Below are positions 37,601 to 50,091 of a stretch of DNA of 64,000 bases, piece by piece. The position numbers and the translations under genes are program-made. The notes below the pieces were generated by a model. That model saw nothing but the letters and a program-made list of their open reading frames with translations. It did not search any database and was not told where the DNA came from. Every line of letters starts with the position of its first letter. The first letter of the stretch is position 1. This stretch comes from Cyanophora paradoxa CCMP329 (taxonomy: Eukaryota; Plantae; Glaucophyta), in NCBI GenBank assembly GCA_004431415.1, contig QPMI01000054.1, positions 62,001 through 126,000 on the forward strand, in the 5' to 3' direction.

Positions 37601-40600
37601 CTCACATCTCTGACTGCGCTCCGCACCAGAGTCCTCTTTGGCGCGCCGAACGACAGCTCCCCCGCTTCGAATTCGCGCCTCTTTTCTCTCACGGGTGCGC
37701 ATGCCTGGATACCGTGCTTCGGCAGCCCGTCAGACAGGGAACAATGTGCGCAGGAACTGTGCCGCTCGCTGCGGCCAGCTGCACGCACCCGTCGGAAGGG
37801 GAGCTGCCGGCGGTTCCCTACTCGCTCGTGTTCGCGGGCGCCCCCTCCGACTCGCCTCCGTCGCCGTCGCCGTCGCCGCCGCTTCCGTCGTGGCCGGAGG
37901 GCGCCGCACCGCCGACGCCGACTCCAACGCCCTCGGGTCCCCCCTCGCCCAGCCCCCGGTCGCAAGGGCCCCCCGCGACCCCCGACGAGACCTCGTCGAG
38001 GGCGGTCGCCGTGGCGTTCTGGCTCTCCGTCCGGGCGACGCCGGAGGAGTGCGCCTCCTACCTGCAGCGCCACGACGCTGCCTCCGCCTCCCAGGGCCTC
38101 GCGCGGCTCGTCTCAGCCGCGGCCCGCCTCGACATCGGCGTCGTGCGTGCACCCCGCCCGCATTCGAGCTCGACGGCGCCTCCGCCGGCGGCCGGCGCGA
38201 GAGCCGCTGACTCGGGCGCAGGGCGCGCCGCGGGTGCGCGTGGCGGAGGTGCGGTGCGGGTCGATCCTGTTCCGCGTCGAGGTGCTCAAGGCGGCGGCGG
38301 CGGCGGCGGGGGCGGGGGCGGCGGCGGGGGCGGCCGCCGCCCCCGACGTCTTCATCTTGGAGGCGATCGCGAACCTGACGCGCTGGGGCGGGCTCCTGCT
38401 GCCCGGCCTCGAGGGCCGGCCCGTCTCCGCCATGTTCAACGCCACCTTCGCCCCCGACGTCCCCGCCTCCGGCGCCGACGCCGCCGCCCTCGCGCGCGGC
38501 GAGGCGATCACCATGATCGCCCCGGCCCCCGCCCCGGCGCCCTCGCCTCTGCCCGCCGAGAACAGCGGCGCCTCCGGGACGGCCGCATCAAGCGGAAGCA
38601 GCGGGGGCGGCTCTCCAGTGAGCTTGGCGGCAGGCGCGGCGGCGGCGGGCCTCGTGGTGGCGGCCGCTCTGATTGCTGGTCTGTACGTCCTAAAGCGGAG
38701 GCGGCGGCGCGCGTACAGCGCCGGCACCGACGGCGGCCTCGCACCGCCCTTCGCCCCTGGGCTGCCGGTGCGTCTCCGCACACCCGGGGCGGCTCCACCC
38801 GGGGATCGTTTACACGTAACGATGGCGCAGTACACGACGTCGTTGGCCGACTTCGGCGGTGGGCTGGGGCCGGCGCCGCTCCTCCAGACGACGAGCGCGT
38901 TCGACCCGCTCACCAACGGGACGTTACCATCGTCCGTCTGGGTGCGCGGTCCCAGGCCAGCTAGGGCAGTCGAAGAATGCTGTGGCGCACGCGCGCCGAC
39001 GGGTCGTCGTGGCAGATTGATTTCCCTGCGCTGAGCGGAGAGGCCCTCGACCTGCTCCGCCTCGTCGCGCCCGGCTCCACTTCGACGGACCCTCGGAGCT
39101 CCAAGGGCGCCGCCGGCGACGTCGCGCGCAGCCTGACCCTCACCCAGCGCGCTGCCATTTCGCCCCCGAAGCCCATCCCGCCGGAGCTGCTGAGCCGCAT
39201 CCTCGAGCCGCTCGGGTTGCTCGGCGAGGGCGCCTTCGGCCGCGGTCCGTCTTCTGAGTTTGTATATATATGCATGCTTTTGAGCTTCACGAAATCATTG
39301 CGGCCCACAAACGGCGCAGTGTACGCGGTGGAGGTTCCGCAGTCGGCGGCGACGTGGCTCCCGGCGGCTAATCCGAAGCCTGACGAGACCTCGCGCCCGG
39401 GGGAGGGCCCTGCGGAGGCGCGCGAGGGCCGCCGCACGATCAGGCGGGCGATCAAGGAGGTCTCTCTCGGCGACCGGGACGTCGCGGCCCGCGAGATCCA
39501 CGGCGCCCGCCTCCAGATGGTCAGCTCTCTGCCTGAAGCGAACAGGGCATACATTCAATTCTGTATGCTAACGGGTCTCTCGCCGCTTCGCCTTGCGCCC
39601 CTCGCCGGCGCTGCAGCTGTGTGACCACCCGAACGTGCTCCGCTGTGAGGCCTTGTTTGCCAGCCGCTTCAAGCTTTATATAGGTGCACGTGCTTTATAT
39701 TCGACGATTATCCCCGCTTATCCTTTGCGCGTGCCTGACCGCGGACGGCTTTGTGCATCCATCCGGTTCGGCAGTGCTGCCCCTGGCCGAGACGTCGTTG
39801 AGCGCCCTCCTCGCGAGCCGCGGCGTGCTTCCCGCCGACCTCATCACCTCATTCGCCTTCCAGATCGCGTGCGGTGCGACTGCCGTGCAGCCGCGGCTGT
39901 TCAGAGCGACTGCAGCCGCTGCTCATTTTGGGCGAATTCGAATCCGGTAGGAATGTCCTACCTGCACCACGAGCTGGCGCGGCCCGTCGCACATCGCGAC
40001 CTGGTGCGATCTATCCAACACATGCCGTGATCATGACTCGTCTTGGCCGGGCCTTTTATAATCTAACTATTAATTGTAATTTTTCTTGGTGTTGTAGAAG
40101 CCGCAGAACATCCTCATCTTCAGCGGGGTGCGGGCTGCGCGCGCGAGCTCGAGGTACGTTTGGAATTGGCGTCGGCCGCTGACAATGTTCCTCGCCCTCT
40201 CAGGAGGACGGCTCGCCTCCCGTGCTCCGCGTTTGCGACTTCGGTCCGCGGCGCCTGGCGACGCCTCCGCCACTTTCGACCGATCGCGAGTCGCCGCAGG
40301 CATCTCGCGCCACGTCGAGACGGCGAAGTCGCTGCGCGGCACCCTGTGCGCGAGCGTGCTGGCTCGCAGCTTTCGTCGTCGACGGCTCAGTCCCCCCGCC
40401 GCAGGGTCTACCTCCCGCCCGAGATCTACACCGCCGAGAACCATCCCGTCAAGGCCGACGTGCGCTGGCCACGCCGGGGAGCCAGGGGCAGCGCAGCAGT
40501 CCGCTGATGCGCGGGGCGCCAGGTGTGGGCCTTCGGCATCATCCTGATGGAGATGGCGACGGGGGCCAAGCCCTACGGGGGCACCATGATCGGGCCCGAG

Positions 40601-41091
40601 CAGCTCGCCAAGGGGCAGCCCTACTCCCGCGCCGCCTTCGCCGTCGTCCCCGACCCGCTGCGCCCGCTCGCGCGCGCCTGCCTCGACAAGAAGCCCCTCC
40701 ATCGCCCCTCCTTCCTGTGCGGCCCCCGCGCCCGAGCTCTGCCTGCGCGCCCCCGCGACGGCCCCCGCTCTGACCCCCGTTGCCGCAGCGAGATCCGGCA
40801 GGCGCTGGCGCGCACCCTCCCCCGGCCACGCCCCGCGGCCGCCTCCCCTCCGGCTCCGTGCGGCCTTTCGACGGAGGCGGCGCGGCGTGCGCGCCCGAGC
40901 CGCGGCCGGCGCCGGCGCCGGCGGCCGTCGAAGTGGAAGTGGTGCTCGATGCGGAGGCCGCGGCGCCGAGTTCAGCGCCGGCGCCCACCTCTCCGCCGAC
41001 GCCCGTGGGCCAGCCGCATGCGCAGGAGCCGCCCGGCGGAGTCCCCCCGATCGCGACGGACGTCCGCTCTGTCGTCGTGCGGGTCGAATGA
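25692..41091 (+). CDS. Giant receptor-like Ser/Thr kinase (TKL-like): kelch repeats, about 12 tandem Ig/FnIII-like domains, second kelch region, Pro-rich/SEA-like stalk, TM helix, kinase
   Basis: Hydrophobic N-terminal segment CCVCVLFVINIIAA; kelch exons (FMSVGG...IWVY...W; LYLYGG; LALVGG...TDVWKL); phase-1 exons of about 100 codons; TM VSLAAGAAAAGLVVAAALIAGLYVL then KRRRRR; GEGAFGRVY, AIKEV, HRDLKPQNIL, DFG, YLPPE, DVWAFGIILMEMATG. Start, end and single-transcript status are uncertain. Confidence 0.75.
31590..34890 (+). repeat. Tandem repeat with ~985-993 bp period, about 3.3 copies, each unit two exons plus two introns
   Basis: Exon A (APPSAPLVLAASATNATHVSLQ...) x4 and exon B (TPSAPTIVAVDVVNSTLLVLQ...) x3; equivalent ORF starts at 32097/33082/34069 and 32588/33573/34566; introns nearly identical too. 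Confidence 0.97.
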
Positions 41092-41739
41092 CGGCAGCGG
41101 CTGCCTCGATCGCACGCTCCGGGGAACCTTCGCTCGCCCCATGATCAGCGTCTCGTCCGGCCTTTCGACAGCCGGGTCTGGAACTCTGCTAAGTCGCCAA
41201 AAAAACAATTTGCTCGGATAGGTCCGGCCAGGCAGGGAGGGGGTTGCCCCCCTCTGCTAAGTCGCCTTTTTGTTAGCGAGTGCAGCTCAATTTCGTTAAA
41301 TATAAGAGTAACTTAGTAAGGTTAGATATATGGGTAACTTAGTAAGGTTATATTGCAGAAGAACTGCTGGATGTTCAGCTGGATGTTCGCTTAGGGGCCG
41401 TTAGGGCTTTGTGCACGACTCCGGATCCCCCGAACGTTCGCGTGACGATTCAATAATTGCAATTGCAATTTCACTTCATCGATCAAAGCTCTCATGGCGC
41501 AGATAGTCACTGAGTGATCGTGATGAATTCAAACGCAGTCTTTATCTTTCATCTTGTTTGAAAACTTCTGTTTAATATATTAGTGTATACATAGGCTAAA
41601 ACTAGGTTAATTACTAGTTGTGCCAGCCTGGCAGCCTGTTGTCGTAGGCTTTTCCATGTTTTTTAATTTCTAGTCGTGTCTGCCTGCGAGTTCCGATGCT
41701 TCTAGTGTGCTGGCGCGGTGCTGGGGGCAGGGCGGGGGT

Positions 41740-42046
41740 AGTAAGCCTGGTTCAGCCTGATATACGCCTCATTTAAGCCTGACGTTCAAGCCTGATTAAT
41801 ATTGAAGCCTTTTTTTTTTTGGTGAATTACCGGCCACAGTCTCTAGACACCAGCACTGCGAAGCCTGACTCGAGCCTGATTCAAGCATCATGTAGCCTGT
41901 TTCAAGCCTATTTCAAATCAGGCTCAGTCATCCAAAATAAGACTGAGCGCTAGCCTCTGTTTTGCCCAGCCTGTCTCCGCCTGATTTATAATTAATCCTG
42001 ATTTGAATCAGGCTGAAACAGGCTCCGGCAACCCCCCTTTTACTAG
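41740..42046. mobile_element. Probable non-autonomous DNA element with subterminal AGCCTG/CAGGCT motifs
   Basis: Many aagcctga motifs on the left and inverted tcaggct motifs on the right; AT-rich; termini not resolved. Confidence 0.45.
41811..41859 (-). mobile_element. 49-nt polyA-tailed insertion ending GTAATTCACC(A)10
   Basis: Flanked by gaagcct at 41804-41810 and 41860-41866; same 3' end as the insertion at 21753-21769. Confidence 0.65.
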
Positions 42047-42455
42047 TGTTGACGTCGATGCTAGGAGCCGCCTCGAGCTCATGATCATGATCACCAAACA
42101 GCGTTCTGCAGCCTCGCGGTGCGCTTGTGGGTTCGCTATAGCTACCGTTGTGCAGCTGGCCGTGTGGATGGGCCGGGCCTTCAGCTTCTAGATCTTGCGC
42201 CCCCGCGGCCGGCTGATCGGAGTTACGGCGGAGCCGGTCGCGGCCAGGGCAAGCAGCCTGAAGCAGGCAAGGCCTATAGGCTGTAGCTAGGAGCCGCCGC
42301 CGGCCGCGGCATACGTGTACAAGAGACCTTCCAGCGCGGGGTATAGCAAAAAGACTAATTTGCCAACGGAAAAAAGGCTGCCTTGCGAACTTGCCGACTT
42401 GCGTAGCAAGGGGGGGGGGGGGGGGGGGGGGGGGGAGGGGGGGTGGAAGCATTCG

Positions 42456-42486
<31 letters not shown>

Positions 42487-42533
42487 TTTGCAATAAATGA
42501 CTTCAACACTGACAGATCTAGACACGCGAGATA

Positions 42534-45500
42534 TCAGGCAGGCTCGAAGCGGGGCGACCCCGCGATCGGCTCGTACGCGTAGCTCGCCCTCCCCCTCGGC
42601 CCCGCTCCCTCCCGCCGCCGCCTCGCCCACGCCGCCGCCCTGCGGGCGAAGCCCGGCGAATCATGGTCAGTGATCATGAGGGGGTGGAGGATGGAGCAAG
42701 GGGGATCCCGGAGGGCGGACCGGGGTACGACGACGGCGAGGGCGGCCCCCAGGGCGCAGGAGCCGGCGAGGGCGAGCCAGCGCCCCGCCCACGCCCGGGG
42801 CCGGGGCCGGCCCCGCCCCGGCCCGCCCGGGCCCGGCCGCGCGAAGGAGGACTCGGGGGAGAGGCCCCAGTCCCAGCCCCAGTACCCCGCCGCCAGGACG
42901 CCCCCCGAACCCGCCCAGCCGTACCGCGGGCCCACCACCATGAAATCCGGCACCCGCTCGCCGCTGCGTGGGTACCGGAATTAAAAGATGAACTGGGCGG
43001 GAGGGCGGGGCGGGGGGGGAGGGGGGGTATGCGTGTGCCTGGAGATGGGCAGGAGGCCGGCGGCCTTCCTCAGGCCCGCGGCGTCTGTACCCGCCAGCAC
43101 GGCCGCCAGGCTGCGGATGGGGTACACGTCAGGGGGCCAGGGACGAAGCAGGGGAGGTTACGAGGAGCACCGAGGCGGGCCGGGGGCCCCCGGGGGGCGC
43201 CACGGGGCCAGGAAGGCGATTCCGGTGCCGGGCTCGGAGAAGCACTGCGCCGCGCCCGGCCCGGGCCGTCAGGTGCGGTCGGAAGTGCAGGGAAGAGCCG
43301 GGGGCGGCTCGCGCGCCTCGGCCTCGACGCAGATGGCGTCGCGGGCGCCGCCCTCGCCCCCGCCCTTCCGGAAGGAGACGGGGACCCGCCACTCCGCCTG
43401 CGCAGAGGGCGCCCCCTCAAAACAAGCGGCTCTGAGGTGGGAAACTGGGATCAGGGGCGCGCCATGAGGCGGGCGGTCCAGGCGTTCTCGTTGGGCCCCC
43501 CGAGGAGCACCAGGCCGGCCCCCGCGCCCCCCTCCCCCTCCGCGTCCAGCTCAGCGTCCCTGCCGCAAAGCGTCAGCCTCGGACGGGGCGGGGCGGGGTG
43601 GGGAGGAGAGGGGCGGGCAGGAGGACGGGGAGGGCGGCGCGGCCGGCGGCGGCGGCGCGGGAGGCGAGGGCGGCGGCGAGGGGCAGGGCGGCGGGGGCGC
43701 CCGCGCCGGCCACGAGCAGCGCCGGGCCCTCCAGGACCTGCCCCCGCCGGACCCTCTCACGCCGAATCGGCTGCGAGCGTGTCAGGCCCGGGTCCGGACC
43801 TGGCGGAGGGGACCGCTCGTCTCGGGCGACCGTTCGTCCGCCGGCCAGCGCCCCGGCTGGCCCTCGACCCGCCAGTTACCCCCCTTGCCGTCCCGCACGA
43901 GCTCCAGGGTGGCTCCCGGGGGTACGGGGATGGGCGGTCCCCCGTCCAGCGAGATCGAGGCGGGGGCCTCCTGGGGGGTACGCGGGGCAATCCGCAGCCG
44001 GCGGGCGTTCCGAGTGGCGAGCGACCAGCGGGGCCCGTCCCTGGACCGGTACCCGGATCGTCAAACGGGGGAACAAGTGGTGCAGGGGTATAGGAGCCGA
44101 GCGCACCGCGTGACGTCGACGGAGGCAAGGCGGGCGGGTACGATGAGCTGAAGGATCCGCAGGCCACCCTGGAGGGGTACGAGGCATTCGTTACCTATTT
44201 GACAAATTGATGAAGGAATGTAATGGCGCACCCGGCCGCCGGAGGTGGAGGGGTTCAGGGTGAGGACCCGGAAGGAGGGGGGTAGAGGTGGAGGGCGCGC
44301 TGGGGGCGCGAGAAGCGAGTCGAAGAAGGCCCCGATCTCGTCGTCTGGGGGATACGTGGATGGGGACGATCGGGAAAAAGGGAAGGGGGAGCGGACCGTC
44401 GAGAACTCCGTCGAACCAGTGCCCCTTCCTGCGCCGATGGGTCGTACCCCCGAGAAACGAGTAGAAAATCAGAGCGCATGCGTACCCCGGGATCTCGTGG
44501 TACCGAACGTCGGCCCCGGCCTCTACGCGGAGGTACTGAGCTTCAGCGGCCGCGGGGCTGGGAAGGGGGTACGCCGCACCGCGGGCCATGCGCGTCATGC
44601 GGCGGAGGTGCCAGGGGTGCACGTTGCTGCGCGGCAGGTGGGCGGGGGGTGGGGGGGTACAGAGGCGGGCGGGGGGGGGGGGCGGGACGCACTCGTCATC
44701 GCCGCCGGCACGGGCGAAGATTGGCATACCCGCGAGGTGGGGCGCCTGCGGGAGACTTGAGACGGGGGTACAGTCCAAAATGCTCTTAAGGGGGTACCAG
44801 GAGGTCTACGTCGTAGTCAGCAGCCGCGGCGTCGAGCAACGAACTGCAGAAAGAGGCTCAGCGGGCTAGAGGATGATGAGGGGGTACCGGATTAGTGGTG
44901 GGTACCGGAGCTGCGGGTCGACGTACGCGTCGCCGGCGCGGAGCACGGGGGGTATGTAGTTCGACATTTTGATCCAGGCCTGCGCGGGGCGAGGTGATCT
45001 AAATTAAATCTCAGAGTCGAATCGAAAGCAGGGGCCCGGGGAGGGCGGACGGCGGCGGGGGCGGCGCCGAGGGCGAGGTCGGGGTAGTGGGTGGCGAGCT
45101 CCCAGCAGCCGTGGCCCCCCATCGAGTGCCTGCGCGTCGGACCCCTCTTAGAGAGAGGAAGCGACCTGGGTTCGAGGAGGCGCGCCCGGCGAAGAGGACG
45201 CGGGAGGGGTCGGGCCGGAACTCCGCCGCCCGCCCGCGGGGCGCCCCCGGGGCCCGCCCCGCCAGCGCCGCCAGTGCCCGCAGCGCATCCTGCCGCCCGC
45301 GGCCGTCGGCGCCGGATCAAATGTTCGCGGGGGATGGCGGGCCTGCATGCCGGGGCCCTCCCAGTCGTAGCCGTAGCGGGCGCGGTTCGTGGGGGCCAGG
45401 AGCCACGCCCCCGCACGCGCTCGGTAGCACCTGCCGCCAAGCGTCAGCCAGTCTGGACATGGAATGCGGCCTGGAAAGGTCCTAGATGTATGTTCCAGGC

Positions 45501-47148
45501 GCTAGCTAGTTGCGTCCGCCGCTCCCGAAGTCCCCGCCTCCCTTCTGCGGAGCAGGGCCGGGGTAGGCGGGGCGCACTCTGCCTGGCGGAGGGCGTCCAC
45601 GCCGGCCCCGTGCGTCGTCAGGAGCACCGCGCAACCGCCCTCCCCGCACCTGGAGGCAAATGCAGGGTGAACGGCGGGGCGGGGATGCAGGGCGTGTCCT
45701 GAGAGCGCACGGCTCGGTGGGGGACCTCGCGGCGGCCGCCTGGACGCTCCCGTCCGCATCCTGGAACGTGAACCTGCGGGGGTAGGGGTAGGGAGGTGAG
45801 CCGGACGAGAGGGGGGGGGGGATAAAGTGGGGCGTACACTATCGGAGCCCCCTCGGGGGGCTCGTCGAGGACCGCGGAGGCTTTGGCCGCGAAGCGCTCG
45901 CCCGTACCCCCCACCGTCCCGGAGATCGTGATGTTCAGCGCTCCCCGGGCGCCGGGGGGTACGGGAAATGGAAGGTAGGCGATCTGTCCGGGGGCGAGGG
46001 AGGCCGGCGGTGCACTGGCGGCCCCGGCTCCCGGTTTGGATCCGGAGGCGGCGGTTTCCAGCGTCACGTCCCGCAGCCACTGCCCGGGCTCCGCCGTGTT
46101 CGCCACCAGAAGCGATCCGAGGGACCTGCGGGCCGGCCGCGTGGGCGCAATGGCGGGGTGTCGAGGGGGGGGGGACGCCGCGCGGACCCCTGCGGCTCCC
46201 CGGCCGCGAAGGAGGGTACGAGGATGTCCCCGAGGACGGTCAACGGGCCCGCGACCGGTCCCAGGCAGGAGCACCTGCCCCCAAGCCATCAGGGAGGGGG
46301 AGGAGGAGCTAGAGGGGTACAGGCGCACCGGAAGGTCTGCTCGGCGAAGCCGCCGAGGGGCACGGCGATGGTGTGCTCGCCGGTGAGGTCGGCGCGGGCG
46401 GCGACGGTGCCTGCGGGGGCGGGGCGCGCGGGCCGGGGGGCGAGGGGTCGGGGAGAGCGCGCGGATCGAATTCGATCCGTATGCATCGCGCCGCACCGTC
46501 GCCGTAGAGGTCGCCGGGGAGCGACTCGCCGAAGTCGATGCGGAAGGAGGGCGCCCCGGAGCAGCGGAGGAGGTAGGGCGCCGGCGCCGGCCTCGCGCCG
46601 CCGGCGCCGGCGCCGGCGGCGGCGCGCAGGCGCAGGCGGCCGACGGCGTGCCCCTGGAAGAGCAGCGCCGCCTCGCCGAAGACCGACTGGAGGCCGTCCC
46701 AGCGGACGCCGCCCCACTGCACGCGCACGCTCCCGTCCTCGCCCGCCGTCGCGTTGCGCCAGCCGCGGACCGTCCCGCCGTCCACCAGGTCGCTCTCGCT
46801 GACCGCCGCTCCGTTAACTTCTCGTTCGCGCCTCGCGGGGGCACGCGCACATGCTCGCGCCAGCGCCGGCCTCGTAGACCGCGCGGAGGCCGCCGAAGCG
46901 CTCGAGCGGGTCCGCGCCGCGCTCGCGGGGTCCGACTGAGAACGGCCCGATCAAATCCCTGCGGCGCGCGTCATCTCCTGCCGCGTACGCGGGCGCCGGG
47001 GACTCGCGCGCTCGAAGGGGCGGCGACCGCACCAGATCGGCGAGAACTCGACGTCCGATGCCGAGCCCGGAGGAGGCGAGCCGAGCGCACCCACCGCAAG
47101 CAGCAGCAGGAGCAGCAGCGGGGCCGCTGCCCGCTGAGCCCGCCGCAT
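42534..47148 (-). CDS. Secreted or membrane-anchored alpha/beta-hydrolase (peptidase S9/esterase-like)
   Basis: Signal peptide MRRAQRAAAPLLLLLLLAVGALG; VLLTTHGAGV, APTNRARYGYDWEGPG, nucleophile GHSMGGHG, GGDDENV, GHWFDG; C-terminal hydrophobic WLALAGSCALGAALAVVV and tail ...YEPI...FEPA*. Confidence 0.85.
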
Positions 47149-47266
47149 GGCTGGCCTGGGGGTACGACTGCACGCTCGAATCGAGCTCTGCGGCTCGCCA
47201 GCCGCGTCAAACCCGCGCCGTTGAAGCGGCGAGTGGCGAGCGCGGGGATTGCCAGCACGGGTCGCG

Positions 47267-49658
47267 ATGGCGCCAGGCCGCCCCGCCGCTGGCTTCGCGG
47301 CGCCACTGCCGGCAGCAGCGTCGGGCGCGCGGCCCAGGCATGCGTCCGAGCTTGTATGCAGAACAGAATCGATCGGTAGGCACAGCACTCCTGCCCCCGC
47401 GCCGGGCAGGGCGCTCGGGCGGTCGTTTTGGGGCCGGCAGCCGCAGCTGCGCCCAGCGGTGCGCGTGCAGCGGAACGGCGTGCTCAGCGCCGCGTGCAGA
47501 CCAGCATCCGCATCCGCGGCGGCGGCGTCGGAGTCGAGCGGCGCGTCTGCGGGTGCGGCGCCGGCCGAGCAGATGGAGACGGCGCTCGTGGTCGGGGGCG
47601 GCCCGGCGGGCGTCGTCATGGGCGCGTTCCTCGCGCGTGGCGGCCGCTTCCGGCGCGTCGTCGTGCACGACTCGCGGCCCGACCCCCGCGTCGAGGCGCC
47701 CATGTCGCAGGCGATCCGCTTCGGCGCGCGGGCGCTCTCCGTCCTGCGCGAGGTGCCGTCGAGCGCGGCGCGGCGCGCTCGGAACTCGCCGTTGAAACCG
47801 CGGGCGCAGGTGGGGCTGGACCAGGCGATCCTCGACGTCGCCGTGCCGCTCGGCGAGGTGCACGCCTGGCGCGGCGGCCGCAAGAAGATCATCCCGCGGC
47901 AGTGCGCGCGGGCGGCATTGCGCCGGGCCTCGGCGGCCGCCGAGCGGTCGGGGGGCGGGGCGCGGCAGGTACAAGTCGCACATGGCGCGGCGGACGCAGC
48001 TCGTGCAGGCGCTCATCTCCGCGGCCGAGGCGCGCTACGCGCCCCGCCTCACCTTCGCCTTCGACTCCCGGCGCGCCCCGCTCCCGCCCCGCCCCGCCCC
48101 GCCCCAGTAAAGCTGGCCTCGTTCTGACCGGGGGCACGCGCCGGCGCGGGGCGCGCGCAGGTGCGAGGGGGTGGACCTGGAGGCCCGTGTGGTGCGCTTC
48201 CGCGGGGGGGCGGAGGCGGGGTACGACCTCCTCGTCGGCGCCGACGGCGTCAACTCGGCCGGTGCGCCGCCCTCGCTCCCGCCGCCGCGCCGATCGCTCG
48301 GCGCCGGTCCGACCCGCGTGGCGCAGTGCGGGCGGCGATGGAGGCGGAGGGGGGGCCGGAGGGCGGGCGGCTGCGGGTGGAGACGAAGCGGAGCCCGATC
48401 GTGGGGCAGGGCTGCATGGCCGCCCTCGACCCCAGGGAGGACCCCCGCGTCGTCCGGTTCGAGGCGCGCCCCCCTCTCAGCCCAAAGCGCCTTACGCTTC
48501 GGAATGCAAAGCCTGAGAGCGGCGCGCGGGGCAGGTGCACAGCTCCGGGGCGGCGCTGCTGACGATGCCGACGCGGGAGGTGGACGGGGCGGTCTCGACG
48601 CGGGCGACGCTGAGCGCCCCCGCGACCCTCTGGCCCCGCCTCGCCGCCTCCGCCGCGAGCCTCCGCCGCAGCGTCGCCGATATGTTCCCCAAGCGCGCCC
48701 GCCGCCGGCCTCCGCGCGCCTTGTCGTCTCAGGATCGCTGACTGCGCGCCTGGGGCAGCGTGGCGGGGCTGGTGGAGCTGGACTACGAGCAGCTCCTCGC
48801 GGAGGGCCCGAGCCGCCCCGCCTCCGTCCTCTGCTCCCGCTACCACGCCCCCTCCGGCCACGCCCTCCTCGTCGGGGTGCGCGTGTCGAATCCAGGCCGC
48901 CGCCGCCGCCGACGCGGGCTCGGGCGGGCAGGACGCGGCGCACGGGGCGCGGCCGTCGATCGGGGCCGGCTTCAGCGCCGCCGTCGAGGACTGCGGCCGC
49001 TTCCAGCGGTGCCCGCCCCCGGCCCCGCCCCCGCCCCGCCCCCGCCGACAAAGACGAGCTCTCAGCGGGGCTCGCGGGGCGGCAGGCTGGTGGAGGAGTG
49101 CGGGGGCGACCCGCGCCGCGCCGTGCCCCTCTGGACGGCCCGCCGCAAGCCCGACGGCGACGCCCTGGCCCGCCCGCCCGCCCCCCGCCCCGCCCCGCCC
49201 CGCCCCTCTCCTTTCTTCTCACGCGCCCCGCAGGTCGAGCTCGCCGAGGGGCCGCCCCCGCAGCTGCCGCCGTACCCCCTCCAGAAGCTCGTGCGGGCGG
49301 CCCTGCCCAGGCTCCAGCGCGCCCTCCCGCGGGTGAGGGAGCCTGGGCCTCTCCCCCTCGAGAGCAGCACCGGGGCGAGGAATCTCGCCGAGGCTGAGCG
49401 GGGGCGAGCAGGCCTTCCCCGACCGCTCGCACCTCGCGGTGGCGACCCTGACGCCCTTCGCCCAGCTCGCCCCCCGCCTCCGGTCCGCCCCAAGGCCTCC
49501 CGTCCCCTTCGATCGGATGCCCCGCTGAGACCCTGACGACGCGTCTCAGGGCTCAGGAGGCGGCGGCGGCGGCGCTGTGCCTCGCCGCTCTCTTTGCCGC
49601 CTCCGCCGCCGCCCTCCGTCTCGCCGCCCCTCTCCTGCACCTGCAATCGGGCCTGTGA
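47267..49658 (+). CDS. FAD-dependent monooxygenase (group A, kynurenine 3-monooxygenase-like), probable plastid transit peptide and C-terminal hydrophobic helix
   Basis: VVGGGPAG, YDLLVGADGVNSAVR, LLVGDAAHGARPSIGAGFSAAVEDC; last exon ALCLAALFAASAAALRLAAPLLHLQSGL*. Confidence 0.85.
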
Positions 49659-50091
49659 CTCGATGCGTCTGCACGTTGCCCTCGGCTTTCACTTCTCGGT
49701 CTTCTACGCAGTTTTTTCTTGTCTTTCGCGGTTCTTTGTAATTTTTGTATAGGTAGTTGCGTCTACTCTTGTCGTTTTGTGCTCAGGCGCCCGATAGCTA
49801 CAGCTAGCTATCATGATCATAGTATTGGCTGCAGCTGGGAAGACCCCCATTTCACAAGGAACTTCAATGTAGCGGGCGATGGGATTGAAAAAGCAATTGA
49901 ATTCAAGGGACTCAATCGTTTGAAATACGCAAACTAAGACTTGATCGTTTGATCTGAAGGTGCAGGGGGGAAAGGGGATGACGGGAAGGAGGACGTGGTG
50001 GTGGGGCGGGGGGGAACAGGAGGGCGGGGAAGGACCGGGGAGGGGGGGAAAAGACGTTACGAGGTAGGCGTCGCAACGTGGGTACGACGTA

